Shown piece after piece: positions 19,869-29,637 of a stretch of DNA of 64,000 nucleotides (position 1 is its first letter; each line of letters starts with the position of its first letter). This stretch comes from Longimicrobiales bacterium. Its GTDB lineage: Bacteria > Gemmatimonadota > Gemmatimonadetes > Longimicrobiales > Gaopeijiaceae. The stretch lies in contig OZ241892.1 of assembly GCA_965203485.1 (NCBI GenBank), positions 1,120,001-1,184,000 on the forward strand, given 5' to 3'. The notes under the pieces are model-generated. The model was not told the DNA's origin and made no database searches. It worked only from the letters and a program-made list of their open reading frames with translations. The translations under genes were made by a program, and so were the position numbers.

Positions 19869-20647
19869 CGCCGCGAGACTCGTTTTCGCGGCGGCCCCGC
19901 GCCGCGCCGGTCGTCGCGGCCAACTGGAAGATGCACTTGGGGCCGTCCGGCGCCGGCCGTTTCTTCGCGGCGTTTCGGCCCGGCGCCGAGCACGCACGCG
20001 TCCGCCTCCAGTTCTTCGTGCCGGCCGTCTCGCTGGCGGCGGCGAGGGACAGCGCCGAGGTCCAAGCGGAGTTCGGCGTCCAAAACGTCCACTGGGAGCC
20101 CGCAGGCGCGCTGACCGGCGAGACGTCGGCCGAGATGGCGCGAGACGCCGGGGCCGCCCTGGCCTTGATCGGCCACTCCGAACGCCGGGGCCTTTTCGGC
20201 GAGACCGACGCCGAGGTCGCTCGGAAGACGAGCGCCGCGGTCCGCGCGGGCTTGATCCCTGTCGTCTGCGTCGGCGAAAGCCTGGAGGAACGCCGTGCCG
20301 GACGCCTGGACGACGTCCTCCGGCGCCAAGTGGAAGCGTTCGCCGGGCCGCTTTCCCGGGCGCGAGAGTGGATCGTCGCGTACGAACCGGTCTGGGCGAT
20401 CGGCACGGGCGAGACCGCGAGCCCGGGAGACGTTGCTGAAGCCCACGCGATCGTGCGCGCTGCGCTGGGCGACGCTGGGCGGATGCCGATCCTTTACGGC
20501 GGCAGCGTCAAGGCGGCCAATGCGTCCGAGCTCTTGGCCGTGCGGGGCGTGGACGGCTTGCTGGTGGGGGGCGCCAGCCTGGACGCGGAGGAGTTCGCCG
20601 GCATCGTCGCCGCGGCCGTCGAGGTCGCGCGCTCGGGTCGTCCGTAG
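19865..20647 (+). CDS. tpiA: Triosephosphate isomerase
   Basis: ANWKM, GHSERR, AYEPVWAIGTG, LYGGSV, LVGGASL. Confidence 0.96.
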   Translation: MTPRDSFSRRPRAAPVVAANWKMHLGPSGAGRFFAAFRPGAEHARVRLQFFVPAVSLAAARDSAEVQAEFGVQNVHWEPAGALTGETSAEMARDAGAALALIGHSERRGLFGETDAEVARKTSAAVRAGLIPVVCVGESLEERRAGRLDDVLRRQVEAFAGPLSRAREWIVAYEPVWAIGTGETASPGDVAEAHAIVRAALGDAGRMPILYGGSVKAANASELLAVRGVDGLLVGGASLDAEEFAGIVAAAVEVARSGRP

Positions 20648-20724
20648 GCGGGTCCGGGGCGCGGCTGGGCGCATCCGCTGGACGGACCCCGCTGGGCTGG
20701 GGCCGACCCGGGGAGCTTGCCGAA

Positions 20725-21549
20725 CTAGGCTGGGCTTGTGGCGCCGGGACGCCTTCGCGACCGGGCGCCGGTTGCGGTGCGCGCGGCCGCATCGCCGCCC
20801 GTGGACGTCGTGGCCGCGGCGCGCGCCTTGGCCGTCCGCCGGTCTGTCGCCGGACCCGCGGGATCGTCGGCGGCCCCGTAGCCGAACTCGTCGACCATCG
20901 CGGCCACGACGGCCGCGGCGGCGTCCCATGTGGCCACTTCGCGCCCCAGCAGCCGGCTCAGGCTCGTTACCGGTCGGCCTCGGATGCCGCAGGGCACGAT
21001 CGCCGAGAAGTAGGACAGGTCGGTGCTGGCGTTGAGGGCGAAGCCGTGGGACGTGATCCAGCGGGACGACACGCGCACGCCGACGGCGGCAACCTTGGCG
21101 CCGCCGGCCCAGATGCCCGTGGCGCTGGGCTCGCGGGTCCCCTCCAGGCCGAAGGCGGCGAGCGTGCGAAGCAACGCTCCCTCGATGCCTCGCAGGTACG
21201 CGTGCAGGTCCTTGCGGTCGGGCTTGAGGTCCAAGACGGGGTAGCCCACCAGCTGGCCCGGCCCGTGGTAGGTCACGTCGCCGCCTCGGCCGGCACGGTG
21301 GACCGCGATCTCTCCGGCCGCCAGCTCCTCCGGCGACAGCAGCACGTGCTCGCCACGGGCCGACGAGCCCAGCGTGATCACGTGGGAGTGCTCGAGGAGC
21401 AGCAGCGTGTCGGGTATCTCGTCCCTGCGCCGCTCGTCCACGAGCCGGGCCTGGAGCGCAAGACCCTGGCCGTACTCGACTCGGCCGAGCCGCCGCACGG
21501 CGAGCGTCCGCTTGGACCAGTCCGGCGCCGGGCGTACTTCGTACGTCAC
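20725..21549 (-). CDS. lipB: Lipoyl(octanoyl) transferase
   Basis: LLLEH, RGGDVTYHGPGQLVGYP, KVAAVG, HGFALN, IVPCG; start GTG 21549 or 21615. Confidence 0.93.
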   Translation of the reverse strand: MTYEVRPAPDWSKRTLAVRRLGRVEYGQGLALQARLVDERRRDEIPDTLLLLEHSHVITLGSSARGEHVLLSPEELAAGEIAVHRAGRGGDVTYHGPGQLVGYPVLDLKPDRKDLHAYLRGIEGALLRTLAAFGLEGTREPSATGIWAGGAKVAAVGVRVSSRWITSHGFALNASTDLSYFSAIVPCGIRGRPVTSLSRLLGREVATWDAAAAVVAAMVDEFGYGAADDPAGPATDRRTAKARAAATTSTGGDAAARTATGARSRRRPGATSPA

Positions 21550-21622
21550 GAGGCGGCGCGACGGCGAAGTCCGGCGGCCTCGAGGGCGAAGGGGCCGCGC
21601 CGGCCGGGATTGCACCGGCGGG

Positions 21623-23122
21623 TCACGCTTCCGCCGGAAAGTCCTCCAGCAACTCCTTGAGCTGCGCGAGGAAGCGTGCCGCGTCGGCGCCGTCCACGAG
21701 CCGGTGGTCGTAGCCCAGCGAAAAATAGGCGCGCTTGCGAATCGCCATCGTGTCCTGGCCGCTTGCCGCGTCGGCGAGGACGACCACTCTCTTCTCGACG
21801 GCCCCCGTGCCGAGGATCGCCGCCGTTCCCCTGGGTATGACGGGCATGCCCACGATGGTGCCGAGGACCCCCGGGTTGGTGATCGTGAACGTGCCGCCTT
21901 GAATTTCCGCCGGCGCCAAGCGCCGCGCGCGTGCTCGCTCGGCCAAGTCCACGATCTTCTTCCCAAGGCCTGCCAAGCTCAGCGTGCTCGCGTCGTGGAT
22001 CACCGGAACGATCAGCCCCGGGTTGAGGTCCACGGCCATGCCCAGGTTCACCGACCCCCGGTGGATGACGCTGTTGCCCGAGACAGTTCCGTTGATCGCC
22101 GGGAACCCCTGCAGCACGCGGGCGCAGGCCCACGCCACGAAGGCGGTGTACGACACGCGCGCCCCCCGGGCGGCCCACCGCTCTCGGTTCTCCCTGCGGA
22201 TCCGGTCGATCGCGGAGAAGTCGATCTCGATGAAGGAATGGACGTGGGGCGCGATGCGCTTGGCCAGCACCATGTGGCGGGCCGTGAGGCGGCGCATCTT
22301 GTCCATTGCTTCGACGCGGTCGCCCTCGAAGACCGGAAACTCCGGGTGCTCCACTTCGTCGTGGAAGCGGTTCCACAGCGCGTCGGGGGCGGACGCGGGC
22401 GAGGGGACGGCTCTTTCGGCGGAATCGGCGGCCGTGCCCGCGCCGGCGGGCGCGGGCGCCGCCGCAGGTCGCGCCCCCGGCGCGGCAGGAGGCGCGCCTG
22501 CTCCCGCGTCGATGTAGGACAGGATGTCGTCCTTGGTGACGCGCCCCAGGTGCCCGGTGCCCGGAACGGCCGCCAGGTCCACCCCGGACTCGTCGGCGAT
22601 GCGCCGCACGACCGGCGTGGACTTGGTGCGCAGGCGCTCCTCGCGGGTCGCCGCCGCGCGGATGGCGTCGGCCGGCTCGTCTACCCCCGCCTGCTTGGGC
22701 GAGTCCGCGCCTGCCCGATCGCCTGCCGTCGCTTGTCGTCCCGCTTGCCCGGGCAAGGCTCCGCTCGTCGCGCCCGCACCGGTCCCGCGTACTCCGTCCC
22801 CGGCCGCCGGGGCGCCGGCCTCGGGTCGCGGCTCGCCGGCCTCCGTGCCGCGTCCGTCGTCCGTCGCGTCTCCTGCGCCGTCGCCGCTGGCGACGTAGGC
22901 CAGCACAGCGCCGACCTCCACCGTCTGACCCTCGGCGACCACGATCTCCGCCAGCGTGCCCGCCGCGGGCGACGGGATCTCGGCGTCCACCTTGTCCGTC
23001 GATATCTCCAGCACCGGCTCGTCCCTTTCGACCGCGTCGCCGGGCTTCTTCAGCCACTTGGAAACGGTCCCCTCGGCGATCGACTCGCCCATCTGGGGCA
23101 TCGGCACTTCGATCCGAGACAC
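21623..23122 (-). CDS. 2-oxo-acid dehydrogenase E2 (dihydrolipoamide acyltransferase)
   Basis: Lipoyl domain MPQMGESIAEG...EISTDKVDAE; PSBD TPVVRRIA...GRVTKDD; catalytic YDHRLVDG; AGGAG RBS before GTG 23122. Confidence 0.93.
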   Translation of the reverse strand: MSRIEVPMPQMGESIAEGTVSKWLKKPGDAVERDEPVLEISTDKVDAEIPSPAAGTLAEIVVAEGQTVEVGAVLAYVASGDGAGDATDDGRGTEAGEPRPEAGAPAAGDGVRGTGAGATSGALPGQAGRQATAGDRAGADSPKQAGVDEPADAIRAAATREERLRTKSTPVVRRIADESGVDLAAVPGTGHLGRVTKDDILSYIDAGAGAPPAAPGARPAAAPAPAGAGTAADSAERAVPSPASAPDALWNRFHDEVEHPEFPVFEGDRVEAMDKMRRLTARHMVLAKRIAPHVHSFIEIDFSAIDRIRRENRERWAARGARVSYTAFVAWACARVLQGFPAINGTVSGNSVIHRGSVNLGMAVDLNPGLIVPVIHDASTLSLAGLGKKIVDLAERARARRLAPAEIQGGTFTITNPGVLGTIVGMPVIPRGTAAILGTGAVEKRVVVLADAASGQDTMAIRKRAYFSLGYDHRLVDGADAARFLAQLKELLEDFPAEA

Positions 23123-23149
23123 GTGGGCTTCTCCTGGGGACGACGGTTC

Positions 23150-23168
23150 GGGGGGGGGAGGGGGGGGG
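23150..23168. repeat. G9-A-G9 homopolymer tract in the E1beta-E2 intergenic region
   Basis: GGGGGGGGGAGGGGGGGGG read directly from the sequence. Confidence 0.8.
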
Positions 23169-23235
23169 CGGGACCGGAACCCGGGCGGCAACCCGCTTCG
23201 AGGGCTTGCGGCGTCCGTCGGCCCGGCGCGCGGCT

Positions 23236-24252
23236 TCAGTACCGGGAAAGGTAACGTCCGGCCACGGCCACGTCGGCGGCGGACGGCAGGAAATAGTCCT
23301 CGAGAGACCCGGCGAAGGGCACCGGGGAGTCGATCGCGGTGACGCGGAGGATGGGGCCGTCCAGCCACTCGAACGCGCGTTCGTTCATGCGGATGGCGAT
23401 CTCGCCCGCGATGCCTCCGGTGCGCGTGTCCTCGTGGACGATCAGCAGCTTCGACGTCTTTTCGACCGACGCCGCGATCATGTCTTCGTCGAGCGGAGCC
23501 AGCGTCCGCAGATCGATCACCTCCGCCCGGATGCCCTCGGCGGCCAATGCCTCGGCGGCCTCCAAGCTGCGGTGCACCATGAGGCCGTAGGTGACGATCG
23601 TCAAGTCGTGTCCCTCCAGCGCGATGCGCGCCTTGCCCAGCGGAATCGTGAAGTCGTCCGCGGGCAGGAGCTCGCGAAGGTGCGGGGCGCGGTAGAGTCC
23701 CTTGTGCTCCTCGAAGATGACCGGATTGTCGTCGCGGACGGCGCTCTTCAGCAGGCCCTTCGCGTCGCTCGGCGTCGAGGGGTAGACGATCTTGAGACCG
23801 GGCGTGTGAAAGAACGCCATCTCCACGTTCTGCGAGTGGAACGGCCCCGCTCGGTTCCCGCCGCCCACGGGCCCGCGCACCACCATCGGCAACGGTCCCG
23901 CTCCCCGGTAGAGCGACGTCGCGACGTAGTTGGTCAGCACGTCGTAGGCCGGCGAGATGAAGTCCATGAACTGCATCTCGACCACGGGCCTGAGCCCCAT
24001 GTGCGCCGCCCCCGCCGCCGCCCCGGTGAATCCGCCCTCGGCGATGGGCGTGTCCACGACCCGCAGAGGCCCGAAGCGCTCCAGGAATCCGCGCGTGACC
24101 TTGAAGGCGCCCCCGTAGGCGCCGATGTCCTCGCCCAGGAGAAACACGCGGTCGTCGCGCTCCATTTCTTCCCAGAGCGCCTCGCTCACGGCCTCCAGGA
24201 ACGTTGCGGGCCGACGCGCGCGGGTGCGCGAGACGTGCTCGGGGGGCTCCAC
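23236..24252 (-). CDS. 2-oxo-acid dehydrogenase E1 beta subunit
   Basis: LLGEDIG.YGGAFKVT, DTPIAE, EMQFMDF, GPFHSQ, PGLKIV, EVIDLRTLAPLD. Confidence 0.93.
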   Translation of the reverse strand: MEPPEHVSRTRARRPATFLEAVSEALWEEMERDDRVFLLGEDIGAYGGAFKVTRGFLERFGPLRVVDTPIAEGGFTGAAAGAAHMGLRPVVEMQFMDFISPAYDVLTNYVATSLYRGAGPLPMVVRGPVGGGNRAGPFHSQNVEMAFFHTPGLKIVYPSTPSDAKGLLKSAVRDDNPVIFEEHKGLYRAPHLRELLPADDFTIPLGKARIALEGHDLTIVTYGLMVHRSLEAAEALAAEGIRAEVIDLRTLAPLDEDMIAASVEKTSKLLIVHEDTRTGGIAGEIAIRMNERAFEWLDGPILRVTAIDSPVPFAGSLEDYFLPSAADVAVAGRYLSRY

Positions 24253-24286
24253 GGCGGATGCGCGCCCGCGGTCCCCGCCGGGGCTA

Positions 24287-25351
24287 TCAGGCGACGCCGG
24301 CAAGGTCGGGCCGGGCGGGGGGACGCTCGCCGGGGTCGGGCGGATCCAGGCGCGTCCAGTGGGGAGTCTGGGCGGAGCCGGACAGGACCGGGGCCATCGC
24401 CTCGGCGCCGGCGGGATCGGGCTCCAGGCGCAACCTTGCCGTCGCGTGCTCCACCGCCGCCAGGGCCGCCCGCCGCGCTCGGCGCACACCGGCGTCCTCG
24501 CCGTCCGCCGGAGCGGCCGCGCGGCCTTGGCGCCAGTCCTCCAGCTCCTCGGCGGCGGGCAGGCCCATCTCCAGCAGCGTAGGTCCGCCGCCGTCCGCGG
24601 CCCGTTGCCGGGCATGGGCCGCCAGCTCGTGCACGCGGTCGAGCGGTCTGCCGGCCAGCGACACGGACTCGAGGCCGTAGTTGGCCGCCGCGTCGGCCGC
24701 GGAGACGGGGGCGTCCCGCTCCTTCTCGGAATCGCTTCGAGCGGCGCGCGCCCCGGCGGGCGCCAGCACGACGATCAGGGGGACGGCGAGCGCGGTCGCC
24801 AAGCTCATGCCCTCGTGCCAGCGTCCGGTCTCCAACGCCAGATCGTCTTCGAAGACCAGCGCGGCCCGAGATTCGCCTCGGCGCCGAAAAGCCAGCGCGA
24901 CCCCGGCCATCACCTGGGTCATGGCTCCGGGCGGGCCGTCGAAGCCGAGCAGTCCGCGGCGCAGATCGGTCCAGCTCCATCCCCCGGCGCGCGCCGCCGC
25001 CGCCGCCGTGCCCTTGGCGGCCGCCCAGCGCAGAAACTCGAGCGGCGTAGCGCCGAAGGCCAGCGCGGGCCCGAGCGACGTCGGTCCGGGGCAGCACACG
25101 TCGCCGCCCTCGGGTTGCCGGCGCATGGCGCAGGCGACGGCGACGCACCGCGGATCCACTCGGAAGCCGGCGGCGGGCACGGACTCCAGGGCGCCGTCCT
25201 TCAACAGGTCCTCGACGGCGGCCTCCAACGCCTGGGCTTGAAGGACGTGATAGAGGAAGTCGTCCCCATGCCGCGACCAACCGAGTCCGGCCGGCTCGGC
25301 GGGCGCCGCCGGCGTCACGCGCGCTCCGGCCCGGACGCGGAACTCCGCCAT
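24287..25351 (-). CDS. E1 alpha-like protein with degenerate ThDP-binding motif (probable pseudoenzyme)
   Basis: Fold-level motifs are present (VMAGVALAF, TG.WHEG, A..AVPLIVV, A..YG, AR.RA..GGGPTLLE), but GDG is replaced by EDD and there is no NN and no GH loop. It lies directly upstream of E1beta. Confidence 0.75.
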   Translation of the reverse strand: MAEFRVRAGARVTPAAPAEPAGLGWSRHGDDFLYHVLQAQALEAAVEDLLKDGALESVPAAGFRVDPRCVAVACAMRRQPEGGDVCCPGPTSLGPALAFGATPLEFLRWAAAKGTAAAAARAGGWSWTDLRRGLLGFDGPPGAMTQVMAGVALAFRRRGESRAALVFEDDLALETGRWHEGMSLATALAVPLIVVLAPAGARAARSDSEKERDAPVSAADAAANYGLESVSLAGRPLDRVHELAAHARQRAADGGGPTLLEMGLPAAEELEDWRQGRAAAPADGEDAGVRRARRAALAAVEHATARLRLEPDPAGAEAMAPVLSGSAQTPHWTRLDPPDPGERPPARPDLAGVA

Positions 25352-25466
25352 CGGCTCCGCGAGAGCAAGCGCGCTCGGCCGAGCCATGCCCGCCGGGCCC
25401 GACGGACACTGCCCGAGAACCGTGGTCCGGCGAGTCCCCCGCAACGCCGAGCGGAGGCCCGTCCGA

Positions 25467-25964
25467 TCAGTCGGCGCCTTTCGGCCGCACCCCGTCACCG
25501 GGTCCCCCCGCCGGAGGCTCGTCTCCGGAGCCTTCGGGGGGAGGTTCGTCTCCGGCCCCCTGCGGCGGAGGCTCGGCGGCCTCTTCGCCGTCGTTCGCCT
25601 CGGACGGTTCCGCCTGCGCGTCGCCGGGGTCGGGAAGGAGCAGCTCGCCGCCCGGCGACTCCCCGCCCAAGACCGGCGCGGGGGCGACCGTGGACGGACC
25701 GGCGACCCCTTCGAGCACTGAAGTGGGCGCTTGGCTCTGCGAGGAAAGGATCGCCAGGATCAGCGAGATCACCATGAAGGCCGAGCCGGCCGCCCACGTG
25801 GCCCGCGTCAGCAGCGTCGTCGCCTGCCTGCCGCCGAGCACCTCGGTCGCGGCGGCTCCGCCCCCGACCGCGGCCAGACCGCCGCCCTTGCCCGCCTGCA
25901 ACAGAATGACGACGGCCAGGAACACCCCGTCCAGCACCAGCAGAGCCAACAGGAATCCGTACAT
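25467..25964 (-). CDS. secG: Preprotein translocase subunit SecG with a long acidic Pro-rich tail
   Basis: Two TM helices, ILLQAGKGGGLA, LLTRATW; the tail has a 27-bp repeat x3 at 25513/25540/25567. Confidence 0.9.
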   Translation of the reverse strand: MYGFLLALLVLDGVFLAVVILLQAGKGGGLAAVGGGAAATEVLGGRQATTLLTRATWAAGSAFMVISLILAILSSQSQAPTSVLEGVAGPSTVAPAPVLGGESPGGELLLPDPGDAQAEPSEANDGEEAAEPPPQGAGDEPPPEGSGDEPPAGGPGDGVRPKGAD

Positions 25965-26044
25965 TGAGTTCGAAGCAGCCTTGGCGCGACGAGGGAAATC
26001 GGCGGCCGGCTCGTGTCGGCCGCACCGTGGCGGTGCAACATCCA

Positions 26045-26073
26045 AACATGCCGAGAACGGGACCGCGAGTCAA
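26045..26073 (-). promoter_or_regulatory. Possible secG promoter (TTGACT-N17-CATGTT)
   Basis: Hexamers on the minus strand at 26073-26068 and 26050-26045, about 80 nt before the secG ATG. Confidence 0.35.
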
Positions 26074-26365
26074 CGTTTCGCGGTGCACCTCGCTTGGGCG
26101 GGCGTCCCTGCCGGATCGGTACGGGGGCACGTTCGCGCCGGCCCCGCGGTCCGCCGCCCGCCCGGCGCCCCAACGCGGACCCCGCAGGGCCGCGTGCCTG
26201 GCCCGCCGCCTCGACCGTGCGGTCGCGCTCCAGGGGCGGCGGCCGTACCGGACCTGCCTCGCCCGCGGTAGAATAGTCGGAGGTGCGCCTCCGCTCCCCG
26301 GTCCCGGCAGGCGCGCCGCGCCCCCCCGGCGCTCCGGCCCCTCGCCCCTTCTCGCCACCGCCGCC

Positions 26366-27487
26366 GTGAAGCAAGCGTTCCTCCTTCTGGAAGACGGCCG
26401 CCGCTTCGACGGCCTTGCCTTGGGCGCTCCCGGCGTCGCGATCGGCGAAGTCGTGTTCAACACCGCGATGACCGGGTACCAGGAGGTGCTGACCGATCCG
26501 TCGTACGCGGGCCAGCTCGTCGCGATGACCTACCCGCTGATCGGCAACTACGGCGCGAACGACGAAGATCCGGAGTCCGCCCGGCCCCAGGTCGCGGGCT
26601 TCGTTGTGCGGGAAGCCGCGCGCGCGCCGAGTTCCTGGCGGAGCCGCGAGTCGCTGGACGACTACTTGGCGCGCTGCGGGGTTCCCGGCGTTCGCGACGT
26701 CGACACGCGCAGTCTCACGCGCCACATCCGCGCCGAGGGCGCGATGCGCGGCGCCGTCGCGGAAGCGAGCGAGGACCAAGACGAGGTCATGGCCCGTGTG
26801 CTCGCCCATCCGAAGATGGACGGACTCGACTTGGCCTGCCGCGTCTCGACGGGCGAGCCGCGCGAGAGCCCTCCGGAGCACGCGGCCGCCCGCCACGTTG
26901 CGGCGTTTGATCTCGGGGTCAAGCGCAACTCGGTGCGGATGCTGGCGCGAAGGGGTTGCCGCGTGACGGTCTTGCCCGCGAACTCCACGGCGCAGGCCGC
27001 GCTCGCGCTCGATCCGGACGGCGTCTTCCTCTCCAACGGTCCGGGCGACCCGGCCGCGATGGATCGCGCCGCGAGAACGGTCCGCGCACTCGCCGAGGCG
27101 GGCTTGCCCGTCTTCGGCATCTGCCTGGGCCACCAACTGATCGCCCGCGCCTTCGGCGGCGCAACCTTCAAGCTGCCCTTCGGACACCACGGCGCCAATC
27201 ATCCGGTGCGCAACCACGACCGCGGGACCATCGAGATCACGTCGCAGAACCACGGCTTCGCCGTCCGGGCCGGAGACGGCCGGACCGTTGCCGGTGCGCC
27301 GGCGCTGCGGGTCACGCACACGAACCTCTACGACGGGACCGTCGCGGGGATCGTGCATCGCTCGCTCCCGGTGCTGGGCGTCCAGTACCACCCCGAGGCG
27401 GCCCCGGGACCGCACGACAGCCGCTACTTGTTCGACGACTTCGTCGCGTTGATGGACGCGCGCCGCCGCGCGGCGGCCGCGCCTTGA
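26366..27487 (+). CDS. carA: Carbamoyl-phosphate synthase small subunit
   Basis: LLLEDG, GEVVFNTAMTGYQE.LTDPSY, LSNGPGDP, GICLGHQ, TSQNHGF, QYHPEA.PGP.D. Confidence 0.96.
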   Translation: MKQAFLLLEDGRRFDGLALGAPGVAIGEVVFNTAMTGYQEVLTDPSYAGQLVAMTYPLIGNYGANDEDPESARPQVAGFVVREAARAPSSWRSRESLDDYLARCGVPGVRDVDTRSLTRHIRAEGAMRGAVAEASEDQDEVMARVLAHPKMDGLDLACRVSTGEPRESPPEHAAARHVAAFDLGVKRNSVRMLARRGCRVTVLPANSTAQAALALDPDGVFLSNGPGDPAAMDRAARTVRALAEAGLPVFGICLGHQLIARAFGGATFKLPFGHHGANHPVRNHDRGTIEITSQNHGFAVRAGDGRTVAGAPALRVTHTNLYDGTVAGIVHRSLPVLGVQYHPEAAPGPHDSRYLFDDFVALMDARRRAAAAP

Positions 27488-27575
27488 CGCCGCCGCGCGT
27501 CCTCGGGTTATCTTGAGCGTCCTGGCTGGACGCCCGGCCCGGCCCTCGCCGCAGGCGAATCGGAGGAACAGGACG

Positions 27576-27941
27576 ATGAAGAAGGCGGAGCTGGTGGACC
27601 AAGTCGCCGACGCCATCGGGCCGGGGCTCAGCCGGAGAGAGTGCGCCCTGGTCGTGGACGGATTCTTGAATGCGGTCAAGCAGGCGTTGGCGCGCGGCGA
27701 GACCGTCCAGCTGCGCGGCTTCGGCACGTTCAAGCGCCAGGAGCGGAAGCCGCGCAGGGCTCGGAACCCGCGTACGGGCGAGCGCGTCGAGGTCCCGGCC
27801 CGCTCCGTCCCCGTCTTCAAGCCGGCCGAGGACTTCCGCCGCAAGGTGAACCGCGCGCATTCGGTGCGGGAGACGTCGCCCGACGCGCCCTACGTCTCCT
27901 TCTCGGTCCCGGGTTCCGCGGCGCCGACGCGCTTCGGATAG
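27576..27941 (+). CDS. HU/IHF family DNA-binding protein
   Basis: MKKAELV, LRGFGTF, RRARNPRTGE, VPVFKP; GGAGG upstream. Confidence 0.92.
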   Translation: MKKAELVDQVADAIGPGLSRRECALVVDGFLNAVKQALARGETVQLRGFGTFKRQERKPRRARNPRTGERVEVPARSVPVFKPAEDFRRKVNRAHSVRETSPDAPYVSFSVPGSAAPTRFG

Positions 27942-27956
27942 CCGGGCCGCCGCCCG

Positions 27957-28199
27957 GTGCGCGTAACCGTGCTTCTGTTCGCGGTCTACCGGGAACTGGC
28001 CGGAACCGGCGACCTCGAGGTGTCCTTGCCCGAACGGGCCGACGTGAGGGCGTTGCTGGCGAAGTTGCGCGAGCGCGCAGGCTTGGCGGGGTTGCCTGCG
28101 GAGGTGGCAGTGGCGGTGAATCGCAGGTACGCGGACCTGGGCACGCCCCTGGCCGACGGCGACGAGGTGGCCCTGATTCCGCCCGTGTCGGGAGGGTGA
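27957..28199 (+). CDS. moaD: Molybdopterin synthase sulfur carrier subunit
   Basis: VLLFA.YRE.AG, AVN, DGDEVALIPPVSGG. Confidence 0.92.
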   Translation: MRVTVLLFAVYRELAGTGDLEVSLPERADVRALLAKLRERAGLAGLPAEVAVAVNRRYADLGTPLADGDEVALIPPVSGG

Positions 28200-28660
28200 C
28201 GCCGGTGGCGTGGAGCGACATCGTCTTCGCACCGATCGTGCCCTCGGAGGTGCTGGAGCGCGTCGGCGCCAGCGGTCACGGAGCGGTCGATCTGTTCCTG
28301 GGCGTCGTGCGGGACGCCAACGACGGCCGGGCCGTGTCCGGCATCGAGTACGAGGGCTACGAAGCGATGGCGCGCGACGAGCTGGCCGCGATCGTGGCGA
28401 ACGCCGAGGCTTCGATGCCGGAAGGCGGTCGCGTGGCGGCAGTGCACCGTCTGGGCGTCTTGAACGTGGGCGAGGCCAGCGTCGCGGTCGCGGTGTCCGC
28501 CCCGCACAGGGCGCCCGCGTTCGACGCCGCCCGCCGGGTGATGGACGAGATCAAGGCGCGTCTTCCCGTGTGGAAGCGCGAGCGCTACGTGGACGGAGAG
28601 CCGGAGTGGCTCGAGGGCCGGACGCCCGCTCCGGCGAGGGAAGCCGAGGCCGGTTCGTGA
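28196..28660 (+). CDS. moaE: Molybdopterin synthase catalytic subunit
   Basis: GAVDLFLGVVR, YEGYEAMA, HRLG.L.VGEASV, PHR, PVWKRE. Confidence 0.92.
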   Translation: MTPVAWSDIVFAPIVPSEVLERVGASGHGAVDLFLGVVRDANDGRAVSGIEYEGYEAMARDELAAIVANAEASMPEGGRVAAVHRLGVLNVGEASVAVAVSAPHRAPAFDAARRVMDEIKARLPVWKRERYVDGEPEWLEGRTPAPAREAEAGS

Positions 28661-29637
28661 TCGACGGCTTCGGGCGGCGCGTCGAGTACCTGCGCATTTC
28701 GGTCACCGACAAGTGCAATCTGCGGTGCGTGTACTGCATGCCCGAGGAGGGACTCCACTGGTTGCGGCGGGACGAGCTTCTCAGCTACGAAGAGATCGCG
28801 ACGGTGGTGGAGGCGATGGCGGGCATGGGCCTGCGCCGTCTGCGGCTGACCGGAGGCGAGCCGTTGGTGCGCAAGGACCTGGACCGCTTGGCGTCCCTGC
28901 TCCGGGCCGTGGACGGGATCGAGGACGTCGCGCTCTCGACCAACGCGGTGCTGCTGGCGCCGGTCGCCCGCCGTCTCCGCGAGGCAGGCATCTCGCGGAT
29001 CAACATCTCGCTGGACTCGTTGCGGCCCGAACGAGCCGACGAGATCGCGCGCCGTCCGGGAACCCTCGCCAGGGTCATGCAAGGCTTGGACGCGGCCCTG
29101 GCCGCCGGCTTCGATCCGGTCAAGATCAACGTCGTCCTGGTGCGCGGCGTCAACGACGACGAGGTGCCCGCGTTCGCCGAACTCACCCGAACGCGTCCCG
29201 TCCACGTCCGCTTCATCGAGATCATGCCGACCGCGTCCAACTTGGACTTGAGCGCGGACAACTTCCTGTCGTGCGACGAAGCGCTCGCGGCCGTGTCGTC
29301 GGTGGACGAGTTGCGCCCGGTGCCAGGTCCGCCCGGCAACGGCCCCGCGACGTACTTCGCGTTGCCGGGGGCGCTGGGCACGATTGGGGCCATCACGCCG
29401 ATGAGCCACAACTTCTGCGACCGGTGCAACCGAATGCGCCTCACCGCCGACGGCCAGTTGCGCCCGTGCCTCTTCGGCGACCTCCAGACGCCGTTGCGCG
29501 ACGCGCTTCGCCGGGGCGAGGACCTGCGGCCCTTGGTCGAGGAGACCCTGCGCGTAAAGCCCGAACGGCACCTGCTCGTGCAGGGCTCGGCGGCCGGCTC
29601 GGGCGGACTGGTGGCGCTGTCTCAGACCGGCGGCTAG
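28657..29637 (+). CDS. moaA: GTP 3',8-cyclase (radical SAM)
   Basis: D.FGR..EYLRISVTDKCNLRCVYC, TGGEP, FCDRCNR.RLTADG.L.PCL, C-terminal GG. Confidence 0.95.
   Translation: MIDGFGRRVEYLRISVTDKCNLRCVYCMPEEGLHWLRRDELLSYEEIATVVEAMAGMGLRRLRLTGGEPLVRKDLDRLASLLRAVDGIEDVALSTNAVLLAPVARRLREAGISRINISLDSLRPERADEIARRPGTLARVMQGLDAALAAGFDPVKINVVLVRGVNDDEVPAFAELTRTRPVHVRFIEIMPTASNLDLSADNFLSCDEALAAVSSVDELRPVPGPPGNGPATYFALPGALGTIGAITPMSHNFCDRCNRMRLTADGQLRPCLFGDLQTPLRDALRRGEDLRPLVEETLRVKPERHLLVQGSAAGSGGLVALSQTGG

Noticed and set aside
27484..27514. TTGACG...TATCTT promoter before the HU gene
   Set aside because: The 19-bp spacer is marginal; plausible but not supportable.
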